A stretch of DNA of 63,719 nucleotides, filler included. It is 4 parts of 4 records of this genome, joined end to end, with 100 filler letters (N's around TTAATTAATTAA, not from the genome) between each part and the next. Parts side by side here need not be neighbours in the genome. Positions count along the whole stretch, not along the records: positions 17,805 to 26,797 come from SRR20825019_1761; positions 26,898 to 54,221 come from SRR20825019_1765; 2 more parts are not named here. The stretch is one strand, 5' to 3'. The position numbers and the translations under genes are program-made. Within the stretch, counting starts at the first letter, position 1. Each line of letters starts with the position of its first letter. Below are positions 21,784 through 32,138 of this stretch, in pieces. The notes beneath the pieces were generated by a model that was not told the DNA's origin, ran no database searches, and saw nothing but the letters and a program-made list of their open reading frames with translations.

Positions 21784-23103
21784 TTATTTTTCAGTTAATT
21801 CTATTGCTTTTTCTAAAACTACATCTTTGTCTGATAAAAAATCGTCAATTGATTGCTCAATTTCAATATCTGGCTCAATAGTAGCTTTTGGGTTTTTTTC
21901 TTGAACATCTGTAATAAATATGTTTCGAGCCACAGTATAAGTAAATTTTGTGTTTGTAAGTTCGAACTGTTTTTGATTTGCAGTACAGAATTGATTTGAG
22001 CCTAAGGTTTCTCCAACAAAAACTACTCTCTTTTTATCTTTGTATATAGATGCTAAATGACCAACGGTAGAATACCCATCTCCATTCATTACAAAAATAA
22101 TTTTCCCTTTAAAATTATTTTCAAAAGGTTGCTGCATCTCTTTTCTTCCATAATCACTAGTTGCAAAGTAATGAAAAGGGTCTTGTAGCGTATATTTTAA
22201 GAGATTGATTGACGCTTCACCTGGTCCTCCCAAATTTTGGCGAACGTCTATTATTAAGTTTTTATAGTCTTTGGTTTTAATTTCTTTAAAAGAATCATTT
22301 AGGAAGTTTAAAAAAACCTTTGTTTTATCGCCATAATATGCGAAGTTCCGTAGGGTCAATAAAGCTGTTTCAGCATTAATTTCTGTTAAACAAAAATCAT
22401 TTTGACACGGGTGCTTATTGCTAAAGAGTGGCGCATAGGGTGGATTTTCATTTAGAGGTTTTAAATTAATTGTTCCACTTTTACCTGCAATTGTTACATT
22501 GTAAACATCGGGAAAATTTAAGGCGTACGAAATTATAGAGGTATTATACCCATTAAAAAGTTTTCTTTTTGAACTTTCAATATTTGCTTGAGTATTGATA
22601 TGTGAATAAATAACAGCCATCATTTCACTAATAGATTTACCATTAATGTGGGTTATTTCTTGACCGATTTGCACATTATCTTTATTAGTTAAATTATCTA
22701 TAACATAAAGTTTATTATTGATAAGTCTTGTGAGAAGCGGAAAGTAGTCTTTTGGTTTTAGTAAATCTCTTTGTTGATTAAAAAACCCTAATGAAGTATG
22801 GCCGCAACTAACTATTGCAATAATCTCGCTCAACTTCCAAATAAAATCTTTTTTGGTAGTTGTATTATCAATTTCACTTCTTAACTGTTTAGCTTTTTTA
22901 TCGAAATCAGCTTTTGACGTGAATTCATAGAGCGCAGGATGATATGTAGACAAGGTATCTATTAGTTCATTATAATCTGCTACATAATTTTGAGCTTGTT
23001 TATTTAATGGTTCTCTTTTGTTTTGGTCAGAATTTTTTTGATCATTCTTACACGATAGGATAGCTAGCCCTATAATTAGAAAAGCTATTGTTTTATTAAT
23101 CAT
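21784..23103 (-). CDS. S41-family peptidase lipoprotein
   Basis: Lipobox AILSC; HPALY; CGHT; LIIDVRQNLGG; VFVGETLG; IEPDIEI. Confidence 0.85.
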   Translation of the reverse strand: MINKTIAFLIIGLAILSCKNDQKNSDQNKREPLNKQAQNYVADYNELIDTLSTYHPALYEFTSKADFDKKAKQLRSEIDNTTTKKDFIWKLSEIIAIVSCGHTSLGFFNQQRDLLKPKDYFPLLTRLINNKLYVIDNLTNKDNVQIGQEITHINGKSISEMMAVIYSHINTQANIESSKRKLFNGYNTSIISYALNFPDVYNVTIAGKSGTINLKPLNENPPYAPLFSNKHPCQNDFCLTEINAETALLTLRNFAYYGDKTKVFLNFLNDSFKEIKTKDYKNLIIDVRQNLGGPGEASINLLKYTLQDPFHYFATSDYGRKEMQQPFENNFKGKIIFVMNGDGYSTVGHLASIYKDKKRVVFVGETLGSNQFCTANQKQFELTNTKFTYTVARNIFITDVQEKNPKATIEPDIEIEQSIDDFLSDKDVVLEKAIELTEK

Positions 23104-23186
23104 ACTTTTTATTAATTAGTATCTAGTTATTCTGTACTATGATTTTTTTAGTTAGAGTTACTATTATGTTTTTAAAGACAGAAACT

Positions 23187-24284
23187 TCAATTGTTATCTG
23201 TTGTAACAAAAACATTTAATAATTGCCAAAAAGCATTATTGCTTACACCACCCGGTTTTAGTCCCCAATTAACTAATGTTGGCACTTTATATTTATGGGC
23301 TACTACAATATTAAGTTTTGGAATAACGGTTATGAATTGACCTCCCCATCCATGTGCAGTATAAGCTCCTTCAAAATCAGGGTGTTGCTTGAAATTATCT
23401 GCTAACCACCACATATAGCCATAAGAAAATTGAAATGGACTTGATTCGTTTAGTCCATATCGTTTATTTACAATTTCAGTTGGTGTTACTGTAGTTGTAA
23501 TTTTATCAATCCAGTTTTTAGATATTATTTGTTTCCCATTCCACTCCCCTTTATTAAGCATAAGTTGTCCAATTTTAGCCATATCTCTAGTTGATAAATA
23601 CATATGGTGGGCAGGGTATCTCGATTTACTTTTGTTGTATTTTTCTTTTTGATTTTTAATATTCCAGTCTTGAAACCCTAAGGGGATTGCAAGCTGTTCT
23701 TCAATTTCTTGATACACAGTTTTTCCAGATTTCATTTCGAGAATAGCACCAGCCACATTAAAGTCCCAATTATTATAAACAAAATACGATCCTGGTTTAA
23801 CACTACCTCTTTCTAAAATGTTATTTTCGTCATACCCTCCATTTGCAGGTTCATAAAACACTCCAGAACGAGATGTAATTATATTGTTAACAGTTGCGGT
23901 TTTCTCTATTTCTAATAATCCTCTATCTTCATCAATACCAATTTCGCCTATTTTTTGATTTAAGTTTATAACTCCATTTTCAACATATTTTCCGTACAAG
24001 ATGCTTAAAACACTTTTACGGCAGGAAGCTATATACCCTATTTCGGTATTATCTCCATATTCATAAAGAATTTTGCCGTCTTTTAATATCAACATTCCTG
24101 TTGTTTCAAGATTATTTTTTAAATAATTTGTTAAGGAGTCTAATCTTTGTTGGGTAAATCCTGTATTAGCTAAGGTTTCATGTTTTTCAAAAGAAACACC
24201 TTCAAATTGAGGTTTATGAGAACCGCAACTCAAGAATATGGTCATGCTTAGAATAATAATTACGATTTGTTGTTTTTTTACCAT
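23187..24284 (-). CDS. Serine hydrolase / beta-lactamase-family lipoprotein
   Basis: Lipobox FLSC; SxxK (SCRK); YNN; STRDMAKIGQLML; YGYMWW; HGWGGQ. Confidence 0.9.
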   Translation of the reverse strand: MVKKQQIVIIILSMTIFLSCGSHKPQFEGVSFEKHETLANTGFTQQRLDSLTNYLKNNLETTGMLILKDGKILYEYGDNTEIGYIASCRKSVLSILYGKYVENGVINLNQKIGEIGIDEDRGLLEIEKTATVNNIITSRSGVFYEPANGGYDENNILERGSVKPGSYFVYNNWDFNVAGAILEMKSGKTVYQEIEEQLAIPLGFQDWNIKNQKEKYNKSKSRYPAHHMYLSTRDMAKIGQLMLNKGEWNGKQIISKNWIDKITTTVTPTEIVNKRYGLNESSPFQFSYGYMWWLADNFKQHPDFEGAYTAHGWGGQFITVIPKLNIVVAHKYKVPTLVNWGLKPGGVSNNAFWQLLNVFVTTDNN

Positions 24285-24435
24285 TTTATTGATTTTAAAA
24301 ATTTAATGATGCGGATGTAAAACTCAACCAATAATTTTTTATTAATAATTTTTATTTACTGAATTGTATATTATTGATGATGAATTGTATTAATAATACT
24401 ACATATGTATTTCTGTCAGTACTAATTTTTTAAGC

Positions 24436-24822
24436 CTATTCATTCTCAATAAGTATTTTTTTAGTATCTACCCATTTCAAAGCTGTGATAATAATAATTA
24501 GAAGTGCAATGACTTCAATGCTTGCACAAATTATATAATGAGGCATTAAGCTTCCACCTCCAATAACATATATAATAGTTAAAACACTGGCGAGAATATT
24601 AAGAATACGATTTAATCGAAAAGATAATGATTTAGAAAAATAAATCATAAGTATCGGTATATTGGTTATAGCTGCGGCAATGGCCATTGTTGTAATAACT
24701 TCTCCAAAAATATTGAGTGTATTTCTATTTACAAGTTCTATTATAATTGATAGAATATCGGCAAATATTATATTAAGTATTACCACAATCCATAAGGTGG
24801 ATAATTTGGTTCGTGTATCCAT
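24436..24822 (-). CDS. Small four-TM membrane protein (DUF6326-like)
   Basis: KLSTLWIVVILNIIFADILS start and four hydrophobic segments. Confidence 0.7.
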   Translation of the reverse strand: MDTRTKLSTLWIVVILNIIFADILSIIIELVNRNTLNIFGEVITTMAIAAAITNIPILMIYFSKSLSFRLNRILNILASVLTIIYVIGGGSLMPHYIICASIEVIALLIIIITALKWVDTKKILIENE

Positions 24823-25026
24823 TAGCTACATTTTGATATTTTATTTTGCTTTAAAGCATTAAAGGTTTCAGGACTGTAGCCCCCTATTTTAGAGAGTTTA
24901 TTAAAATTTAATGCGCTTGATAATAACAAAGCAATACAGTTTTGCATCTACTACGTTTTAGAATTATAATGCAAAATTAAATTTATTTAATAGCAGAAAA
25001 CGTTCACTTAAGTTAAGAAAGGGATA

Positions 25027-25608
25027 TTAGCTTTTTATATTTTTTAGAATTCTCGATTTTATCCTACTTAAGGATTGAGGTTTAATACCTATTAAGCTTG
25101 CTAGTTGATGTTGTGGAACACGCTGAACAAGGTCTGGTCTGTTTTGTAATAAACTTAAATAGCGTTGTTCTGGTGAAGTTGTTTTAAACTCGTCTAAGTC
25201 TATTTTTTGTTTCATTAAATGTTCTTCTGAAATTATGCGACATAAAGATTCAAATTTTGGAAATTTCTGGAACATCTCGTTTTCCATCTCAGGATTAGAA
25301 ACGGTTACTATAGAATCTTCAATACAATCTAAGTAATATTCAGAGGCTTTTTTGTTTAGAACACAATTTGGTGTTATGCCTTCCATTTCTGTATAAAAAG
25401 CAGTAGTTTTTTCTTCTCCATCAATAATATAGTAGGTTCTAATACACCCTTTTAAAACAAAATACCCATTATTAGAGTGCTCGCCTTCTTTTAGTAAAAC
25501 AGTATTTTTTTTTACAGTGCGAAAAATATCTAGTGAAGTTAAAACCTCTTTTTCTTTTTCAGAAAGTGAAATGTATTTTGAGATAAATTCAAATAGTAAG
25601 TTCTGCAT
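25027..25608 (-). CDS. Crp/Fnr family transcriptional regulator
   Basis: LLKEGE...FVLKGCIRTYY cNMP-binding fold; PEQRY...RPDLVQRVPQHQLASLIGIKPQSLSRI HTH. Confidence 0.92.
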   Translation of the reverse strand: MQNLLFEFISKYISLSEKEKEVLTSLDIFRTVKKNTVLLKEGEHSNNGYFVLKGCIRTYYIIDGEEKTTAFYTEMEGITPNCVLNKKASEYYLDCIEDSIVTVSNPEMENEMFQKFPKFESLCRIISEEHLMKQKIDLDEFKTTSPEQRYLSLLQNRPDLVQRVPQHQLASLIGIKPQSLSRIKSRILKNIKS

Positions 25609-25633
25609 ATTTTAATTTGGTTTCATTTCGTGA

Positions 25634-25855
25634 AATTACTGACAAGGGTTTTGTATGAGGTTGGTGGCGTGTTTCAGCACCTAATTTAATAAATAAAAAC
25701 TGAATAGAACTTTGAGGTTTTGGGAGCGAGCCCCGAAGTGTTGGGGTTGGTATGTAGGCTATAACTAGCAATTAATTTTATGTTTTGTCCTGAAATATGG
25801 CTACAGGTTAAAATTGATTTTACGCTATTATTTTAATACATTGTTGGCAATAGTA
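25634..25855 (-). repeat. attC-like cassette-junction element A (composite)
   Basis: Minus strand TAG-T-ACTATTGCCAACAATGTAT ... body shared with element B ... ATACAAAACCCTTGTCAGTAAT. Confidence 0.75.
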
Positions 25856-26797
25856 CTATTTTATTTTAAGTGAGGTCTTATATATTTTACTTAAGCCATT
25901 ATTACTTTCATTAATATATTTTTTAAATTCTGAAATAGAATCGAAATTTCTTGGATGTATATTATTTCTTTTGCTTGTAAAATATAAAATTTGGTTTTGC
26001 TCATCATAAAATGGGCAATATTCCATATACTTTGTGTTCACCGGAATTCCTAGATTTACAGCTTTTTCCCAGTTTCCTTTTGTATCCTTCTTCGAAATAT
26101 ATAAATCTCCACTTCCTTGACCATCTTTTTCATTATATTTTGAATAGATTATGAAATCTTCATTTTCTGAAATAAAAGCATTAAACTCATAGCCGGTACT
26201 GTTAATGTTTTTATCTAATAAAATAGGGTTTGAATATTTATCACCTTTCCATTCACAATAATAAATATCATCATTTCCAAAACCGTCAGGCGATACCATT
26301 GTAAAATATATATTTCCATTTTTACTAACAGAAGGATAAAACTCGTCTAATTCTGAATTAATTGGTTTTCCAATGTTTTTAGGTTTTGACCACACCTCAT
26401 TTTTGTTACCTCTTTCAACAAACCAAATATCAAAATCCTTTTTTTTATTAATAGAATCATTTAAAGGTCTATTAGAGACAAAAAATAGTCGATTATTATC
26501 AAATGATAAAAAAGGCTCTAAATACATATATGAATCACAAAAAGGTAATAATTCTGGTTTTGACCATCCATTTTTTTTCTTTTTAATATAAGCAAGTTGT
26601 GAAATTTCTTGATTAGGGCTTTGTACAGTAAAGAATGCTTCATTCCCATCTTTTGAAATACAAAAATCTCTTACATTAATAAATTGATTTAGTGCTTTAT
26701 CAAATTGAGTAATATCAGATTCATTCTGAGCTGATAATAAATTTGAAATAAGAATTAACGAAATTACTAATCTGATTTTTTTAATTATTGAAGTTCT
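25856..26797 (-). CDS. PD40/TolB-like beta-propeller protein; frame open to the contig edge
   Basis: EPFLSFDNNRLFFVSNRP, DIWFVER, EFYPSVS, GSGDLYIS; in-frame upstream extension encodes signal-like IKKIRLVISLILISNLLSAQ. Confidence 0.85.
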   Translation of the reverse strand, partial: RTSIIKKIRLVISLILISNLLSAQNESDITQFDKALNQFINVRDFCISKDGNEAFFTVQSPNQEISQLAYIKKKKNGWSKPELLPFCDSYMYLEPFLSFDNNRLFFVSNRPLNDSINKKKDFDIWFVERGNKNEVWSKPKNIGKPINSELDEFYPSVSKNGNIYFTMVSPDGFGNDDIYYCEWKGDKYSNPILLDKNINSTGYEFNAFISENEDFIIYSKYNEKDGQGSGDLYISKKDTKGNWEKAVNLGIPVNTKYMEYCPFYDEQNQILYFTSKRNNIHPRNFDSISEFKKYINESNNGLSKIYKTSLKIK

Positions 26798-26897
26798 NNN
26801 NNNNNNNNNNNNNNNNNNNNNNNNNNNNNNNNNNNNNNNNNTTAATTAATTAANNNNNNNNNNNNNNNNNNNNNNNNNNNNNNNNNNNNNNNNNNNN
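26798..26897. other. Artificial contig spacer
   Basis: N run with TTAATTAATTAA. Confidence 0.98.
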
Positions 26898-27546
<649 letters not shown>

Positions 27547-27686
27547 CTTTTCTAAAATTTTTAAGTGGTATAATTCAATTCTATACTAAAAGTAAGAAAG
27601 GTTTAGCGTTAATCATTATTTTTCAGAAAGGATTAATACAAAGGCATTGTCTATTTCCTTAACTTGTCACAAAAATTTATCATCTA

Positions 27687-28778
27687 ATGACATTACTCAT
27701 AATTTACGCGGTAGTTTCTATCTTTTTTTCGTTTTTATGCTCGATTTTAGAAGCAGCTCTTTTAAGTGTTACACCAACATTCATTAAAATTAAAACCAAA
27801 GAAGGAAAAGGCTACGCACAAACTCTGGCAGAGTTTAAAAAAGATATAGACAAGCCATTAATAGCCATCTTAACATTAAATACCGTAGCGCATACGGTTG
27901 GTGCAATCTTGGTAGGTGTGCAAGCAGAAAAGGCTTTTGGAAGTGGAAATAATTCTGTAGGTATTGTGTCTGCAATTATGACGGTATTAATTCTTGTTGT
28001 TTCAGAAATAATTCCTAAAACCATTGGTGCTACCTATTGGAAAAGCTTAGGAAACTTTACAGCAAAGTTCTTAAAGCTTATTATGTTTCCGTTAAAATAT
28101 ACGGGTATACTTTGGATTCTTACACTTACCACAAAACTTATTGGAAAATCTGCGCACGTAAGTACAATGTCCAGAGAAGAGTTTATGGCTATTACAGACG
28201 CCGCTGAAGAAGAAGGCGTTTTTGAAGAAAATGAAACCACTGTAATTAAAAATTTATTGGTCTTTAAGTCTGTTGAAGCTAAAGATGTAATGACACCATT
28301 TTCTGTAGCTATTATTGAAGATGAAACAAAAACTATCGAAGAGTTTTACCAAGAACACAAGCATTTAAAATTTTCTAGAATTCCTGTTTATAAAGAGAAA
28401 ACTAATAACATTACTGGTTTTATTCTTAAAGATGATGTGCTAGAGGAAATGTTAGACAACAAAGGACCAGACGCTTTATCTACATTAAGGCGTGATATCT
28501 TAATGACTTCTAACAACACACCGATACCAGAACTTTTTGAATTTTTTGTTGAGAAACGCGCACATATTGCCATGGTATCAGATGAATATGGTAATTCTGT
28601 AGGTATTGTAACCATGGAAGATATTATTGAAACGCTTTTAGGTCTAGAAATTATGGATGAGAGTGACCGTGTGGAAGATATGCAGGAGCTAGCTAGAAAA
28701 AACTGGGAAAACCGTGCAAAACGTATGGGATTATTAGAGTCTAAAAAAGCTAATGAAGATGGATCCTCTAAAGCTTAA
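27687..28778 (+). CDS. CNNM/DUF21 + CBS domain membrane protein
   Basis: [33 protein letters not shown]...[10 protein letters not shown]. Confidence 0.92.
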   Translation: MTLLIIYAVVSIFFSFLCSILEAALLSVTPTFIKIKTKEGKGYAQTLAEFKKDIDKPLIAILTLNTVAHTVGAILVGVQAEKAFGSGNNSVGIVSAIMTVLILVVSEIIPKTIGATYWKSLGNFTAKFLKLIMFPLKYTGILWILTLTTKLIGKSAHVSTMSREEFMAITDAAEEEGVFEENETTVIKNLLVFKSVEAKDVMTPFSVAIIEDETKTIEEFYQEHKHLKFSRIPVYKEKTNNITGFILKDDVLEEMLDNKGPDALSTLRRDILMTSNNTPIPELFEFFVEKRAHIAMVSDEYGNSVGIVTMEDIIETLLGLEIMDESDRVEDMQELARKNWENRAKRMGLLESKKANEDGSSKA

Positions 28779-29256
28779 TAAATTAGATGAAGCTATTATT
28801 AGTTCTCCTCTAGGTGCTATTCAAGTTTTGGGAGATGAAAATGGCGTACAGTCTATTTTATTTTTAGAAGATGCCAAACCCTTTACCGAAGATATTCCTA
28901 AAAGCTTATCCATAGCCGTACAAGAGCTTACAAATTACTTTACCAAGAAAACTAAGGATTTTACTTTTAAATTAAACCCTCAAGGCACAGAGTTTCAACA
29001 GAAGGTGTGGCAACAACTGTGTACAATTCCGTTTTCTAAAACATCATCTTATTTAGATATGGCGAAAGCTTTGGGTGACCCAAAAGTAATTCGTGCCGCA
29101 GCTAGTGCCAATGGTAAGAATCCTATATCTATAGTTATTCCGTGTCATCGGGTTATAGGTAGTGATGGTAGTATGACCGGTTATGCTGGTGGCATTTGGC
29201 GTAAAGAATGGCTACTAAATCACGAAAGTGCTGTTACACAAGGTACATTGTTTTAA
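28753..29256 (+). CDS. ogt: Methylated-DNA--protein-cysteine methyltransferase
   Basis: GTEFQQKVW and active-site PCHRV. Confidence 0.95.
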   Translation: MKMDPLKLNKLDEAIISSPLGAIQVLGDENGVQSILFLEDAKPFTEDIPKSLSIAVQELTNYFTKKTKDFTFKLNPQGTEFQQKVWQQLCTIPFSKTSSYLDMAKALGDPKVIRAAASANGKNPISIVIPCHRVIGSDGSMTGYAGGIWRKEWLLNHESAVTQGTLF

Positions 29257-29271
29257 ACATTAGATATATTC

Positions 29272-30422
29272 ATGAAATTTTTAAAATTTGTTTTTAAAGG
29301 GATACTACTAATTCTTGGTTTGGCCATAGTACTACTCTATATCTTTGATTATGATTATATCCTTAAAGGTGTTCGCGTTGTTTACCTAACTGGCCAAAAA
29401 CTGCTTTTATAGATGATGCTAAGTATTTTGACAATAGGTTAATTGAGGCAGAAAACCCTCAAGATTGGCCTAAACACAAGCTATACAATCAAGCAACACC
29501 AACAACAACCTTAAATGAAATAAACGATAGATTAGGAACCATAGCGTATGTCATTATAAAAAATGATAGTATTTGGTATGAGGACTATGCTGAAAGCTAT
29601 TCAGACACTTCTAAAACCAATAGCTTTTCAATGGCTAAAAGTATTACCGTAACACTTTTAGGCAAAGCCATTCGAGATGGTTTTATTACTAGTTTAGACC
29701 AACCTGTAGCAGATTTCTTTCCAAAGTTTAATACAGACCTAGGCAAAGAAATGACCGTAGGAGATTTGGCGTCTATGTCTTCTGGGCTAAATTGGGACGA
29801 GAGTTACTCAAGTCCATTTTCCTTAACCGCAAGATCGTATTATGACACTAATATAAGAGATGTAATTTTAGGGTTAAATGTTGTTGAAAACCCAGGTGAA
29901 TCCTATAAATACCTAAGTGGTAACACACAGCTTTTAGGAATGGTAATAGAAAAAGCGACCAACCAAACACTAACAGACTATTTGCAAGAAAGTTTTTGGA
30001 CACCAATGGAAAGCTTTGAAGATGCAACCTGGCAATTAGATAGTGAAAACTTTGGAATGGAAAAATCATATTGTTGCATTGCAAGCAACGCCAAAGATTT
30101 TGCCCGCTTTGGTAAACTTTATAAAGACAAAGGTGCCTGGAACGGAGAACAGCTGTTAGATTCATCTTTTGTTAGCACTGCAATCGAGCCAAGATTTAAA
30201 GACAGTCCTGAATACGGTTATGGATTTTGGTTAAGTAACCATTTGGGAAAAGATATTTTTGCAATGCGCGGTATTTTAGGACAGTATGTAATAACTATAC
30301 CAGAAGATAATGTCATCATTGTTCGTTTAGGCCATAAACGTGGGCAGTTTGTAGATAAACCATTTACCCAAGACTTTTATACTTACATAGAAGAAGCCTA
30401 CAGCATGATGGCCGAACATTAA
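29272..30422 (+). pseudogene. Serine hydrolase (beta-lactamase family) interrupted by a frameshift at the A5 run 29396-29400
   Basis: ATG 29272 gives MKFLKF...YLTGQK, then stops after three more codons; adding one A gives an open frame TAFIDD...SFSMAKS through to 30422. Confidence 0.75.
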
Positions 30423-30467
30423 AAGGCGTTATTTTTTTAGTTATCTTTTCATTTAAATAGATAAAAT

Positions 30468-31181
30468 ATGATTTCTAAGCTTAATCTTGAGCACATTTTA
30501 TTTTTAGATATTGAAACTGTACCAGAGTATGAACAGTGGAGTGAGTTAGATGATGATACAAAATTACTTTGGGAAACTAAAACTCAATACCAACGTAAAG
30601 ACGAGTTTACACCAGAAGACTTTTATGATCGTGCAGGTATTTGGGCAGAGTTTGGTAAGATAGTTTGCATATCTGTAGGATATTTTAAAATTCAAGGTGA
30701 CAGCAGGCAGTTTAGAACAACCTCTTTTCACGGAGATGAACCAAAAATATTAAGAGATTTTAAGGGGCTTTTAGAATCTCATTTTAATAGACCTCATCAT
30801 TTGCTTTGTGCTCATAACGGTAAAGAATTTGACTTTCCCTTTATTGCTCGCCGTATGATAATACATCATATCGAACTGCCATTTAAACTTAATTTATTCG
30901 GAAAAAAACCTTGGGAAATACCACATCTAGATACATTGGAACTTTGGAAATTTGGGGACTATAAACATTATACGTCTCTAAAATTACTTACCAAAATATT
31001 AGGGATTCCTTCACCTAAAGATGATATTGATGGTAGCCAGGTTCGTGATGTTTTCTATAATGAAAAAGATGTTGATCGTATTATTATATACTGTGAAAAA
31101 GACACCGTTTCTGTAGCCCAAATATTCTTAAGATTAAGAAATGAAGAGCTTTTGCATGACTCAGAGGTACTTTCAGTTTAA
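30468..31181 (+). CDS. PolB-like 3'-5' exonuclease
   Basis: LFLDIETVP, AHNGKEFDFPF, YCEKD (DEDD-type). Confidence 0.9.
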   Translation: MISKLNLEHILFLDIETVPEYEQWSELDDDTKLLWETKTQYQRKDEFTPEDFYDRAGIWAEFGKIVCISVGYFKIQGDSRQFRTTSFHGDEPKILRDFKGLLESHFNRPHHLLCAHNGKEFDFPFIARRMIIHHIELPFKLNLFGKKPWEIPHLDTLELWKFGDYKHYTSLKLLTKILGIPSPKDDIDGSQVRDVFYNEKDVDRIIIYCEKDTVSVAQIFLRLRNEELLHDSEVLSV

Positions 31182-31257
31182 AGATTTTAAGAGCTTAGAC
31201 TACTACATTTGAACTTCAAACTATAGGAAGTTGTAGCACATTTGAGAAAAGAACTAA

Positions 31258-31701
31258 ATGATTGAATTAATACTTTCGATTTTAGCAGAATTTGGACTGA
31301 TTCGCGAAGATTATAAACACCAAAAGCGGATAAGTAAAAAAGAAAGAGAAGACGGAACTAAAAGACCGAGTGCATTAATTTTAATTGCCGTTTTAATTAT
31401 AGGAAGTATAAGTGCAATTCTATTTTTTACTTACCAAAGGACATCAGTATTTCCAGATAAAACGAAAAAAGAAATACATGAAATGAGTAAGAGAATGGAA
31501 AACTGGAATGAAAAGCTCGGGAAATATCCAAAGGAACTGAACGAATTAATCGGAAATAGTCCTATTAGACAAGGTTGGAAAAAAGATGCGTGGAATCGAG
31601 AATATCAGTTTGAAATAACAAATAATGGCAAAGGATTTTTAATTACATCTGCTGGTTCTGATGGCAAATTTAAAACTGAAGATGACATTAAATCGCAATA
31701 A
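31258..31701 (+). CDS. Hypothetical membrane protein with GspG-like C-terminus
   Basis: One TM segment; DAWNREY and ITSAGSDGKFKTEDDI resemble the type II secretion G C-terminal motif. Confidence 0.6.
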   Translation: MIELILSILAEFGLIREDYKHQKRISKKEREDGTKRPSALILIAVLIIGSISAILFFTYQRTSVFPDKTKKEIHEMSKRMENWNEKLGKYPKELNELIGNSPIRQGWKKDAWNREYQFEITNNGKGFLITSAGSDGKFKTEDDIKSQ

Positions 31702-31942
31702 AAGAAATTCAATAATCATAAGACTATACATAATTAGCTTATTCTGTATTATCTGCTATTTCTTTTTAGAGAATTCTAACATCATATCTGATCTTGTTCA
31801 AATATCTGAAAAAGGTCGTTATGTTGGATTTCCTATATTTTTTCTAACAGGATTATTCAAATACGGTTTGTTAGTAATCGGAATAGGTATTATTTTAATT
31901 CTAAGTTTTCTGTTAACCAGAGAAAAATTAAAAAACAGTTGA
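31661..31942 (+). CDS. Small membrane protein, start uncertain or degraded
   Basis: Two hydrophobic segments; the only ATG lies inside the upstream gene. Confidence 0.4.
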   Translation: MANLKLKMTLNRNKRNSIIIRLYIISLFCIICYFFLENSNIISDLVQISEKGRYVGFPIFFLTGLFKYGLLVIGIGIILILSFLLTREKLKNS

Positions 31943-32087
31943 ATAAAGAATTATTGCCTTGACATTGCTAGTAGTTATCATTTAAAAACCAGTTATCATC
32001 TTCAATTTAAAAATTTGGGGCAAGCATTAGACCCATTACTTCTCTTCTATAAAGAGTTTATAGATAACTTTTCAGTTAATACATAAT

Positions 32088-32117
32088 AAAAAAGCCGCTC
32101 TATTTCTAAAGCGGCTT
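32088..32117 (-). terminator. Intrinsic terminator after the DUF4382 gene
   Basis: AAGCCGCT...AGCGGCTT stem with A-tract on + (U-tract on -). Confidence 0.75.
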
Positions 32118-32138
32118 AGTGTATTTATAAAATTAATT

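Noticed and set aside
19490-25855. CRISPR interpretation of the contig 2 repeats
   Set aside because: The repeats are long, diverged and separated by whole genes; there is no short repeat-spacer periodicity and no cas gene.
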